A stretch of DNA of 62,069 bases, filler included, from Sphacelaria rigidula (taxonomy: Eukaryota): assembly GCA_964200075.2 (NCBI GenBank). It is 10 parts of 10 records of this genome, joined end to end, with 100 filler letters (N's around TTAATTAATTAA, not from the genome) between each part and the next. Parts side by side here need not be neighbours in the genome. Positions count along the whole stretch, not along the records: positions 49,738 to 55,853 come from CAXNAA020022116.1; positions 55,954 to 62,069 come from CAXNAA020022117.1; 8 more parts are not named here. One strand, given 5' to 3'. How positions within the stretch are numbered: the stretch's first letter is position 1; each line of letters opens with the position of its first letter. Position numbers and translations under genes: made by a program. The notes below the pieces were generated by a model that had not been told where the DNA came from, did no database searches, and was given only the letters and a program-made list of their open reading frames with translations. Shown here piece by piece: positions 51,653-62,069 of this stretch.

Positions 51653-52921
51653 CTACTGATGGGTCGTAATCCCCAATTGGCGCCACGGCTGCGCGCGTGG
51701 CGCAGGTATAGACGCCCCCGCTGGGGTCACCGGCACCACCGGCGGGTACGAAGCCCCGCCCGCAGAACCAAATTGCAGTGGTACCCCGACCGACGCAGCA
51801 GCGGATCCAAATTTCAGCTGAAAACCGGCCGGCTCCGCAGCCGGCGTCTCGCCTTGCTCTGCTACTGGCGGCGCTGGCACCGAGCCCGACCCTAGAGAGG
51901 TCGGTCCCACCTGCACCGCCCGTTGTGAAGCAGCAGCTCCTACGGCTGAGCCGGACCCAGAACCGGACCCCTGCTGACGCCGCTGTTGGGAACTCGACTG
52001 TACATCTCCGCTGCTGGAGGATCCGCCTCCGCCACTACTCCGATTACGTTTCCCTCCTTTGTGATTGCGAGGGCGCGCGGGACTCGTCTGCCCAGACTTC
52101 CCCTCAAAAGGCGTTGAGCACTTCCGTGCGATGTGATATACCTGGCCACACTGATAGCAAGTAATACTGGAGGCGGCACTGCCTGCGGATTTTGATCCGC
52201 GGTTACGCGAGCTCGAAGACTGCGGCGACGAAGTGGATGATTTTCCGAATACTTCGACCCGCTGCCATGCCTGAGCTTCAGCCACCACGGTATCCATGAC
52301 TAAATACGGGTCCGACTTCCAATTTGTTTTTTGTTGTAACTGTACAAGCACGGCCTGCTTAAATTCCGCCGGTGCCAGACCCTCCACCATCGCTTTCGTG
52401 ACCACCGCAGCGGGCCCTGGGCGAAATTTCCCATCGGACGAACGATAAATCACCTCTACGTTGGAAGTTTCCGAAAAATACGTCTCCAACTTACCCATTA
52501 TGAGTTCCACCCTCTCACGCATGGTCCTCCCCTTGTGTTTCATTGCGACAGCCTTCGCCACTGCCGCGGACGCCTGAGTAAGCTCTACCTCCGCTCCTGC
52601 CGCCTGCCCTGCGCGCTTCTTCACCGCTGCGGCCAACTGCAGCGGCGTTATGGTATGCTTTTCGTGAAACCTTCTCGCGAAGACGCGTTGCAGGGGGGTA
52701 GGCCCTAATTGCGCCATAGAAACCACCTGATGCCTTACCGCACCCCCTGCATTCGCATGCTCCACCCTCCTTTTGTATTCCACGTGTTTCGTGTAAAACG
52801 AAGGAGGAGCACCCTCAGAATACAAATTCCTGTAACTGGGCGGCCGAAAATTTTCCCTCAGAACGACTGGGGTTACAGTCGTTTCCGTTGGCTCTATTGC
52901 CGGCACCTCAGTAGTCGACAT
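51653..52921 (-). CDS. Gypsy Gag ORF, 422 aa, with CCHC zinc knuckle
   Basis: Uninterrupted ORF; CYQCGQVYHIARKC; between LTR and protease. Confidence 0.88.
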   Translation of the reverse strand: MSTTEVPAIEPTETTVTPVVLRENFRPPSYRNLYSEGAPPSFYTKHVEYKRRVEHANAGGAVRHQVVSMAQLGPTPLQRVFARRFHEKHTITPLQLAAAVKKRAGQAAGAEVELTQASAAVAKAVAMKHKGRTMRERVELIMGKLETYFSETSNVEVIYRSSDGKFRPGPAAVVTKAMVEGLAPAEFKQAVLVQLQQKTNWKSDPYLVMDTVVAEAQAWQRVEVFGKSSTSSPQSSSSRNRGSKSAGSAASSITCYQCGQVYHIARKCSTPFEGKSGQTSPARPRNHKGGKRNRSSGGGGSSSSGDVQSSSQQRRQQGSGSGSGSAVGAAASQRAVQVGPTSLGSGSVPAPPVAEQGETPAAEPAGFQLKFGSAAASVGVPLQFGSAGGASYPPVVPVTPAGASIPAPRAQPWRQLGITTHQ

Positions 52922-53232
52922 TCTCGAGCGGAAAATCGAAGATTTCTGAAACCTTCTCGAACTTCAGTTCACACCTGCTTTCTTCGCCGCTCACACAGCC
53001 CTGGGGTCCTATAAACACCCGCTGTTCGCAGCTCCAGCATGTCTCCAGTCTGGATCAATCACGGGCCAGTCGCCTTTGCAGCTACCTCAGCTTTAAACCT
53101 CCTCACGCGTCCGTGAAGCTCTATGCCCGAAGCTAATCACAAGCTGTCCAGACGTCTCCCTGCTGAAAATTTTCAGCAGTCTCAAACGATAGCACCAACT
53201 AGCACGCCTAGCACTAGCACTAATATCGATAT

Positions 53233-53492
53233 TGTGACGCCAGCATGTTGCTAGTACTGCAGCGTCTACACGCTGTTGAGGGAATCCCCAGTTTCACTGG
53301 CCTCAAGGTCTCAGTTGTCAGCCTTCACATCACCTTATCATTACCGGAGTGCCTCCCATGGCATATACGCTCCATAAATCACATCAGGGTAACACCCCTG
53401 TGTCCATGTCATCATCCATGTCATCACTATAGATCCCAAGTCATCATCCAATCAATACCATCTACTCAACGTGAAGGCGTGATCTCGTCACA
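53233..53492 (-). mobile_element. 5' LTR of the Gypsy element, 260 bp
   Basis: TGTGACG...CGTCACA perfect 7-bp terminal IR, ~310 bp upstream of the gag ATG. Confidence 0.82.
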
Positions 53493-54152
53493 GGGGCCTT
53501 GTCGAACTTGACCGTGTCTTCGTCGGGGAAGTTTGTCTGGTTCATCGAGAAAGTGCCAGCGACAGCGGAGGGAAAGAGACGGTGCGCATGAGGTACAGGT
53601 GCGAGTGCTCAGAGCTCAGTTGCACGCAGTGCGTGTTGGTATGATCATCAGGGGTTGCGACGTATCATGAAATAGTATATGCACTGGTGGGAGCAACCAT
53701 CCTATATACAAAATCTGGACTTGTAGCCCCGTCATGTACTACAGTCGTCAGCAGCCCCCCCGTTTCAACAAATATCTGTCGAAAAAAAGACTCGAATTGG
53801 CAGAAGTAGCGAGACGAGTACAAGAAGGATATCTTAAAATGGGTAGGCTGCCGCGATTCTGAAAGGGGGCCGAAAAGCACATTTTCATGTCGACACATTT
53901 CACAACTATCGCTACCCCTAACCTTAGCCCAATCAAAGGCAAACTGAGATCCCTTGGGCAAGGAAGGTACATGGCGTTCCCTAGCCATAATGCGGCCTTG
54001 GTGGATCCCAAATCGGCGCCCGCGGCGCCGATATGAACGAAAACGCGTTCTGGGCACGCGAGGACCACACGGGACTGTCGGCCCCACCGAAGATCCGATC
54101 ATCACTGTCCACACTCAAATCGAATAATATTAACCATGGACATACGTGCCGA

Positions 54153-54460
54153 CGCGCCCCGGTGGTGTAATGGTCCGACTGTCGCCATTAGGGTGGAGAG
54201 AACGGGGTTCGATTCCCGATGCGTTGGGTTCTCTCCTCGTAATGTATGATCTCCACCGTGGAAAGCGTGAGAACGTGAGTAGACGAAAAAAGTAGTCGAC
54301 TGGGTTTGTGTGACGTGAGTCGACGCGGTGCGGGAGTGCTGATCCAATCCGCGAGATCAAAAATGAAAGGCTCGTACCGGGGGAGAGGTGGGTTGTTTCC
54401 TTAAGACCACGGTCTCATCCCGAGGAAGGGGAGGGGTTCAAAGGGCGAGGAAAAAACAAA
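54153..54460 (+). mobile_element. Full-length tRNA-derived SINE (family D), ~300 bp
   Basis: Pol III A box TGGTGTAATGG (54163-54173), B box GGTTCGATTCC (54206-54216); body shared with three other copies; A-rich tail. Confidence 0.88.
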
Positions 54461-55314
54461 ATACTACCCCGGTCAACTCTGCTTTTATTGCGTCGGGTTG
54501 AAGGTGTACGTACATACCGAACTTCGTGCGACCCAGGACTTGTGCACATGTACAACGAACAGCACGCGGGTAGGACATGACAGCTGGACCACCATTGCGT
54601 GATTTTTCCAACATAGTGTCAACAGCGTTTTGTTCCCTCCCATTTGTACACGACGGGACACAAAAACAGTACAGCATTCAAGGCTATCCTCAACGCAGAT
54701 CAAACGGCCTTCACATACTACAGCACACAACACGACTGTGCAGTGACACGCGCATCAAATCAAGAAACCGTCAACACGTGCAGCAAGAAATCACTCCGTC
54801 TCCATGATCAAGAGTGCAGTACAACATAAAACAAAAAAAGTAGAAATGCCTCATACCTGCGGAGTGCATGATGTCCACGTGAAACGCGGTCCGCACACAC
54901 AGTCGCTGAGACCGTGTCTTACCCGTGTGGAATCATTCACATCTCGCGCTTGCGTCACCTGCCGGAAAACAACTTATTATGGTATCGAGGCAGGTGCAGA
55001 CGGTACTATGTATGTTGCTTGTTGATCCTGTGCAGGCACCGATTTCGACAAAAACACGTCTACTCACGCACATTTTATTCAGTGCGACATCTCGCTCCAC
55101 ACGTGGACAGATAGCATACTGTAGGACGTGCTGCACAGGGTTCTTCGTAGTCTTTGTGACAACCCCTGCACAGCATTTGCAAACTCTAGTACCTCTACCA
55201 GCATTTTGTGTAGCGTTTTTCTCGAGAACCTGTATGCAACCCTGTGAAGAGGCACTCCTAATGTGAAAATTCCAAATAATTTTGTTACAAAATTTATAAA
55301 TTTATGCATTTAGA

Positions 55315-55495
55315 GAAGCTGTTCAAAATAGTTTTTCGTTGCGCAGTAAAATTGGGCAAAACAAAACATTTTGAACAGCTTCATCTGCTACACATGTCCC
55401 ATACACATGTACGGGATATGTGGGGCAGATGAAGCTGTTCAAAGTAGATCCTTTTTATTTTAAACAGCTTCATCTGCTACATAAATCCGATACAC
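55315..55495. repeat. Four alternately oriented copies of a GAAGCTGTTCAAA/CATCTGC motif forming overlapping inverted repeats
   Basis: 15-bp perfect IR 55315-55329/55368-55382; ~36-bp-arm IR 55370-55443; further copy from 55459. Confidence 0.85.
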
Positions 55496-55810
55496 ACTGG
55501 CAGATTTTGAATGTGTACAGGAGAAGGAGCTCGAAATAAATCCTCGCCTTGCCCGCTGATTCATCCGGAAATTGGGCAAAAAGAGAACTTATTGCGAACA
55601 GCCTCAACTGTGCAAGTTCCGCACAGTGCACCATAATCAGCGGATGGGATCCGAGATGCAGCAAAGATTGTAGGAAATAATTGATCCCCTTCCCCCCCAA
55701 CTTATATATCGATTGGAGTAAAGGATAGAATTCTCAACAGCTTTTGCTGAATACGAATCTCAAACACTGCTTACGAGTGTATGTCCTGTGACGGTTTAAG
55801 AGACTACCAA

Positions 55811-55853
55811 CTAGACTACTGACCAAGTCAGCGCTGACTTGTCAGTAGTCTAG
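55811..55853. repeat. Near-perfect 43-bp palindrome at contig end
   Basis: CTAGACTACTGAC(C)AAGTCAGCGCTGACTTGTCAGTAGTCTAG. Confidence 0.9.
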
Positions 55854-56877
55854 NNNNNNNNNNNNNNNNNNNNNNNNNNNNNNNNNNNNNNNNNNNNTTA
55901 ATTAATTAANNNNNNNNNNNNNNNNNNNNNNNNNNNNNNNNNNNNNNNNNNNNGGAAGCAAGATCCACTGTCCTATGACAATGGAAAGCAATATGATGAG
56001 TACACCCCCCCCCCCCCTCCCTCTCTCTCGTCTCTATTGGTCAATGGTCATATGACTAGGCATGCAATATCATGAGGACGCCCCCCACCCGCCTCTAATG
56101 GTGCATGACGCCGGGTATGTATTTCACCTGGGAAGACAGCCCCAAGGAAATCGCGAACGTGTTTACTTTGAGACGCAGGAGGAACGGACTGGAACAAGAC
56201 ACAAGTGGGGCAAACAGACAAGAGCAAGGGCAGGGAGGAAGAGGAAAAGGGGAGAAGAGAAAAGGGGGAAAATATAAGGGTAACGGTAAGGGTGTGTATT
56301 TATGTTGGGCTGCGGTCAGAAAACGGTACACGTCGCCTCTTTTTGGCCAGTTTTTAGGATACACAGTGGTCAATCAGCGTGTGTTTTTCGTAGCGCGCAG
56401 GAGATATGGACTCCACCTGATTTTACTCGTTTTCATCCAGAACACGCAATGCTACATTCTTTCCACACGTTCACGGGATGAAAAAAAGGGGCACGAGTAT
56501 GGGACATGATTATGGGACATGCGTATGGGACTGCATCTCCTCGTCGGCCCTACAGCCGGTGTTGAAATGTACCAGATGTACCATCCGGGCGGGGCGACCA
56601 TATCATAGAGGCGCCATACATGTCGGAATATCAAAAGATGACGTGGGCTAGATTGTTACCTAACCGGTCGAAGGGTTCGCAACGACCAAATAGCCAGACG
56701 AGCACTCGTAACATGCGTCTCCTCTGTTATGGTACTCCCCTCGTTTCCCCGTGCCCTCGCGCCAGATCGACGACATCATCTAATCAAAACCGGGTGATAG
56801 GGTGTGAGTTCAATCGCTGGGCGGACAACGATATAAGCAAGCGTCGAATCAGCGCGCAGTCTTGTACAAGTGCAGTT

Positions 56878-56950
56878 TTGATCAATTAATTGATTGATCG
56901 ATTGTCGTACTTTGGCTGACCCCCAGGGATCCAGGCGTGGTCACTCGATG
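56878..56950 (-). mobile_element. LINE 3' terminus (family C)
   Basis: Reverse complement GACCACGCCTGGATCCCTGGGGGTCAGCCAAAGTACGACAATCGATCAATCAAT. Confidence 0.72.
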
Positions 56951-57365
56951 CAGTACGGTACCTTTTTGTTCCCGGGCCCACTCGACGCGAGAGAGTAGAG
57001 TCAAACGTTCGATAAAATACCTTGTCTGATGGAGTGTCCACTACGCATGAGTTCGAGTCATGGCTGTATTGATACGAAGCGTCGATATTTGTATCAGGGG
57101 TGGGGCTACATCTTCAAGCGTAACGTTGTCATCTACTCCTACGCCGAGGAGCGTGTCGGATGGTGTGGTATCGTTGGTAACACCATCACCGCGGGAAAGG
57201 GGGCACGGCTGAGGCCTCGGCTATGGGTGTCAGGGGCGCCGTGGTCGGGATCGAGTTCCCGGGAGCCTTGCGCCGCGGGGGTCGGGGGGGGGGGGGTGCA
57301 AGAAACTATCGGGTACCGGGACAGTGTACGGGAGGGAAGGTCCAAAGGCTGCCAAATTGGAGGCC

Positions 57366-57592
57366 GTCTTGGCGGCCCATCGTTCTACTCGAAATAAAAT
57401 CTCAAACCTTAACCGAAGGGACGACGTCAGTACAGGACGGCTGGTCTACATCTGAAGTAAGAACCATGCGTTGACCAGTCTTGGCGGCCCGTCGTTCTAG
57501 TCGAAATCAAATCTCGAACTTGAACCGGAGGGACGAAGTCAGTACAGGACGGCTGGTCTACATCTGAAGCGAGAATCATGCGTTGACCAGTC
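57366..57592 (+). repeat. Tandem duplication, 2 x 112 bp
   Basis: GTCTTGGCGGCCC...CAGTACAGGACGGCTGGTCTACATCTGAAG...GCGTTGACCA at 57366 and 57478. Confidence 0.92.
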
Positions 57593-57897
57593 GCACAAAG
57601 TTGATCATACCCAGTGGTGTTTGCGAGAATTCCACTCCGGAATAAATGCAGCGAATGGGATTGCATACTGCCTAGTACTGAAGCGCGTGTGCAACACGCC
57701 GTCAGGCGCAGCATATAGCACAGTGCAGTGTAGTTGTACAGTACACAAGAACGAGAACTAGAACAAGAGGAGAAAAAAATAGGCCTCCCGATCAATCACT
57801 GACGAAAATGAAAACACTTCACATATTTGGAACCGCAAGTGGTGCTCGAAGACCTCCCTCCAGGAGCATCACGTACACACACACAAACAAGTATGTG

Positions 57898-57973
57898 GGG
57901 GTGTACCCATGATCATGCATGCGATAGTCATAGGACCATTGACCTCGCATCCCTACAATGCCGGGACGGAGCA
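57898..57973 (-). mobile_element. C-tract retroposon subfamily A; further copies at 59221-59319 (-) and partials at 18654-18690, 55954-56010, 56039-56086 (+)
   Basis: Reverse complement TGCTCCGTCCCGGCATTGTAGGGATGCGAGGTCAATGGTCCTATGACT...CATGGGTACACCCC. Confidence 0.82.
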
Positions 57974-58049
57974 TCTACTCTCAATCTCACGAAAACACTG
58001 TTTATCTTGGATACAACCGCGACATCAAAGTACGCAAATGTGACGCATC

Positions 58050-58575
58050 AGTATGTGTACACATTCAGTCCTAACCTCGTGTTGTCGGGGCTGTGCTTAC
58101 TTCGACGGTGGCCATGAGTCCATGGTACTCTTTGCCGCATGGCTGTGTTGGCTAACGGATTATTCCAAGCATGTACGCCTTTTCTCCCGACATGACGGAG
58201 ACAGGTCAAGTGACAGAGCTGCCGGCGGCTCGACGACAGGGTAACAATCCCCGCGCTCCTTCCGTCTATGAAGACCATTTTGCATTCCCGTCGTGTCGTC
58301 ATCGATCGACCCCTTACGCCCTCCCTTCGGAAGTAAACGTTGGATTCGGAAAAGAATGACGTCCCCCGTACTACTTTGTGTGTGTGTGTTTTTACTTACA
58401 TATATATATATATATTTCTGTTCCTATTTTTTCTGTTTCTGTTCCTTTTTTTTTCTTTTTTTTTCCATTAGAGCGTGTTTGAGTTTCGTTTTTGTTGGGT
58501 ACGTCTATCATGAGACCACGGCTGGACCCCGGGGGGGGTCAGTTAAAGTGCAACAACCGATCAATCAAATCAATT
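58050..58575 (+). mobile_element. 5'-truncated LINE 3' region (family C)
   Basis: Cys/His relic, pyrimidine tract, terminal GGGTACGTCTATCATGAGACCACGG...GTTAAAGTGCAACAACCGATCAATCAAATCAAT; 5' limit approximate. Confidence 0.68.
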
Positions 58576-58728
58576 ACATACATGCATATATACATGTACA
58601 AATATACACCCATGCACAACAAAAAGAACTGTTTTATATCTCAACTGGTCAGCGAAATAGTACTACAGTAACGTGTACTTTCTTGTTGCTTCACCCTCCC
58701 CCGCCCCTTCCATCTCCTCCCCTCACCG

Positions 58729-58800
58729 GTGCTCCGTCTCGAATGGGATGCGTGGTCAATGGTCAGACGACTGAGGCAAGCAACAAATGAATACTCCCCC
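58729..58800 (+). mobile_element. C-tract retroposon subfamily B; further copies at 60677-60745 (+) and 61163-61244 (-)
   Basis: GTGCTCCGTCTCGAATGGGATGCGTGGTCAATGGTCAGACGACTGAGGCAAGCAACAAATGAATACT(C)n; the 61163 copy has TSD GCATAACAGRGGG at 61150-61162 and 61245-61257. Confidence 0.82.
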
Positions 58801-60108
58801 CCCTCCCGACCGTGTACTTGACGTGCAAGGCTATTCAGATTTTCAACATGAAGATTTACGTCTTTTTATGTACCTGCACGGGGCCCCGTGACCAAAACGG
58901 CTATTTTCTCCGTCAGTGCTTCGTTGTGACGACGGCGCGACGTAGTATAATGGTGTTGTCACATAGACACCCAAAAGTTCGCTTATTTTCCGCATTTTCC
59001 CGAGGCACGCGCTTCATGAGGCACAAAAATCGAGAAGCTTGAAGTGCGTCAAAGTATAAATGAAGAGAGGAGGCATAGTTCACGCCCGCCTTTGCGATCA
59101 TGTTTCTGACTCCGGTTCTTCCAAAAAAAGGAAAAACCTGCCCTTGGGAACAGATCAACGCTGAGAGACATAAACCACATCAGGGAAGGGGGTTTGGGAG
59201 GAGAAGGTGGCGGGTCGGCTGGGGGGTAGTCATGACTCTGATACCGTCGTCATCAGACCATTGATCTCGCATCCCTACAAAGCCGGGACGGACCACGCCG
59301 GAGTTTCGCCGACAAGGCTCACTCACCAAGGACACCACGAGACAGAACCAATCTATGGTACGCATATTTCTTCCAACACCCCCTCTGCAAGGATCACGGG
59401 TGGATGCACACAAGTGCGACGAGAGAAGGATCAAATCGCAGCCTGAGGGAGGCAGGGGTTTGGGCGGTGAAGTGGGGTCACGCTACAGCTATGACGTGTG
59501 CGAGAAAGAAGATGACGTGCACGTATGTGTTGTGTAGAATGTCAAAAACGTTTGCTGTCACATTTTTTCCCTCCTCGATGCTTTCGGTGTCAAAACAAAA
59601 ATTCGATCAATGCGGTACATCATGGGAGGCAGCTTCTATCTTTACCGTCTGCGCAATTCATGCGCTATAAGTAACATGGTAGACAGTTGTACAGAATAAC
59701 AAGGACGAAACTGTCCTCCCTGCCCCCAACCAACGCTAATCCACGTTCTCCGTTACGGCACGATCGGCTGGTTTGTTCATGCGGTCATATACCTTCTCAT
59801 CACGACGCTGTTGGAATTGTTTTGGTCGGTCGGCATATATGTGTGCTACCTGCACATTACAGTAGAAGCGTAAAACACCAGCCGCTCAATAGAAGCTCAT
59901 TTACATTTTTGTCATGTATCGCCCCGCACAAACCCTTAACTTCTTCTGTCCCCATCCCTCTCCGCGTCAGCCAGCGAAATAAGCCAAACTGAAGGCCATT
60001 TTGATCTCCGGAGACCCAACGACGTCATTCCGGACCCGCGGCACTTATTATGGTCTCGCGGAGACGAGGTGCGCAGCATCCCCCTCCCCCTCCCCCTCCA
60101 GTGCTTTA

Positions 60109-60663
60109 GCCTGTCCGGCGAAACCCGGCGTGCTCCGTCCCGGCTTTGTAGGGACGGACCCCCTATGGAGTTGGCGTCAGCTGTGTAACACCCCACTCAC
60201 TGCGTAAGCTAGGCAACCAGGATACCGTCTTTTTTTGCGCGCTTCCGGTTTTTTTTGCGGTAACCATGATGGTAATCGAGCTCGATCTAACTGTGTGGGG
60301 GGATGGAAAAACCTCGATTCCGCACAAAGGGGATAGGCATACTACGTAGTGTTTAAATTGTGAGACATTCATGAGGAAGTGTGTAAGCCATAGCTGTCTC
60401 TGGGAGTGACGATGCGAGAAAATGAAGCAACTCATTGGAGGCTGTCATTCATCCAAATGCAAGAAAATCAGTACGCTTCGGACCGAACAATCTTAGCAGG
60501 ATGCAGCTCATCCTTCATGCAACTCGCCGAACACATCATGGCGCCTCTCGCTTGCCGATTGAGTGCGAGCGTGGTCCGGCGAAAACCCAGCATGCTCCGT
60601 CACGGCTTGTAGGGATACGAGGTCAATGGTCAGATGATTACGGGATGCAAGATCATGAATACA
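60109..60663 (+). mobile_element. Long form (~555 bp) of the C-tract retroposon, with ~45-bp terminal direct repeat and ~50-bp 3' tail
   Basis: Repeat R at 60109-60153 and 60569-60614; only the 3' copy is followed by the ...GAGGTCAATGGTC...CATGAATAC tail; body collinear with 27241-27760. Confidence 0.82.
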
Positions 60664-62069
60664 TGCTCCTCCCTCAGTGCTCCATCTCGAAAGGGGTGCG
60701 TGGTCATTGGCCAAATGACTACGGCAAAAAATTGAGAACACCCCTTCCGGGGAGATGACTGCTTTCGAAGCTCGATTATTTTTAAAGCCTTCGATTGTCA
60801 CTGGAGCCGCCGACGAACGTTTTAACGTCGGAGAAGTTTCCTCGCGGCTTTCCCTAAACAAAAGGAGACAAAAGCGCCCGAAGAGCAGCGCGCAAGGTCC
60901 GCTTCTCGAAGAATCCGAAGTCGAACCGCTTATGGGTCCGCGGTGTCGGTCCGCCGTCAACTACGGTGCAGTCCGCATATGCCGTGTTTGCTTGCCAGAG
61001 TCATTCATCTCCAGTTGATAATGAAAAACAAGGGGTAGGTGCGGTGTTTTTATGAAAGAGGGCGAATGAACATCCATAGGGACGTGGAATAGCAATGAAA
61101 TAATACAGCAGTGTGTCACTTGGCGTTCTCCCGAATCCTCGACCCATGGGCATAACAGGGGGGTGCACTCATTTCTTGTTTGTCTTATTCGTTTGACCAT
61201 TGACCCCGCATCCCTTTCGAGATGGGGCATCCTTTCTACTCCTTGCATAACAGAGGGAGGGGGGGGGGTGGGGCATATTTGCCTCCCCCTACTATTGTTC
61301 GGCTCACCTGCTTCAGGCCTTTGTTCGTTTTCGATCCCAAGCTTCACCGCAATGGTTGTTTTCGGCACTGACTTGTAATTCGCACACTCAAAGTTCATAA
61401 TAGTAAAGACGTTTCTTTGTCAGCCTTGTAAGTCATGCTACCACGATAGGGAAAATGATTTTTTGGGTCATTTCTTCCACGAAATTCCACTTCAAATCGT
61501 CGTTGAAAGCAGCAGCGGTTGTTAGGACGTGATCGTTACCGATAAATAACGCTCATTAATACTAGTTGACACCGCTTTTTACCCGAAGGCATGCGCACCG
61601 CGAGTGGGTTAGGTCGTCTGAAACACGTATGAGCCCTGTTCAGGTGGATTCAAACACCTTGTACATCACGGTACGACTCTTGAGTACTTACTGTACGTGT
61701 ATCTCCTGACTAAATCTGGGCCTTGTGGGAATCAGTAAATGTGCGACAATCAAGGCGTTCCGCAACCCTAGTAGCTGATACAGCCTACATATGTAGAGAG
61801 AGATGAAGAGACCCAGGCAAATCAACACGTTCACACGCGCACCCGAATAGAACAGTACCCGCAGGTCCTCCCGCTATTCAGAGTTTTTGCGTCGGATGCT
61901 TTGCGAAGGATCCCTCTCAACGCTTCGCCAGCCGGAAGCGGTCCACTCGTGGAATTGACATCATTATTCCTTGAAGAGGACTGAAAATAACGATGAGTCC
62001 ACAGATGGACCACCTCCGGCGGTCGAAAGGTTAAACATGGGACGGGAGGGGGGGGGGGGGCGTACCCAT

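Noticed and set aside
54153..54225. tRNA gene
   Set aside because: A and B boxes present but no convincing acceptor or anticodon stems, and it is fused to a repeated body, so it is a SINE head
6119..55953. Regular ~6.2-kb periodicity with a TTAATTAATTAA motif
   Set aside because: Artificial linkers between size-sorted contigs; no gene-neighbourhood inference is valid across them
59221..59319. Hammerhead ribozyme (CTGATGA on the minus strand)
   Set aside because: CTGATGA falls in the variable loop, is not conserved in other copies, and lacks a correctly placed stem II + GAAA
62018..62035. piggyBac-like right end (AAAGGG-TTAA)
   Set aside because: No matching left terminus found in the contig

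Overview
Eukaryotic nuclear DNA from a fragmented draft assembly. The window is not one locus. It is ten unrelated contigs in descending length order (6118, 6118, 6117 x5, 6116 x3 bp), joined by identical 100-bp linkers (44 N + TTAATTAATTAA + 44 N). Short exons in kb-long GT-AG introns and the repeat landscape suggest a brown alga or related stramenopile (inference only). Host coding content is sparse: the first two exons of a mitochondrial pyruvate dehydrogenase E2 (lipoyl domain) gene, exons of a DysF-domain protein, and a few isolated exons. Most of the rest is transposon-derived: a decayed Copia with its 3' LTR, an internally deleted Gypsy with open gag and a 5' LTR, a LINE endonuclease relic, several LINE 3' ends with (CAAT)n tails, a tRNA-derived SINE family, and MITEs with TTA, TA, TTAA, 4-bp and 8-bp target duplications, often nested. 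The most unusual signal is an abundant short retroposon family (two subfamilies, about 17 full or partial copies on 5 of the 10 contigs). It has a conserved multi-stem 3' RNA fold, ends in C-runs instead of poly(A), inserts at C-tracts with variable-length TSDs, and has a ~555-bp long form with a terminal direct repeat plus a 3' tail.
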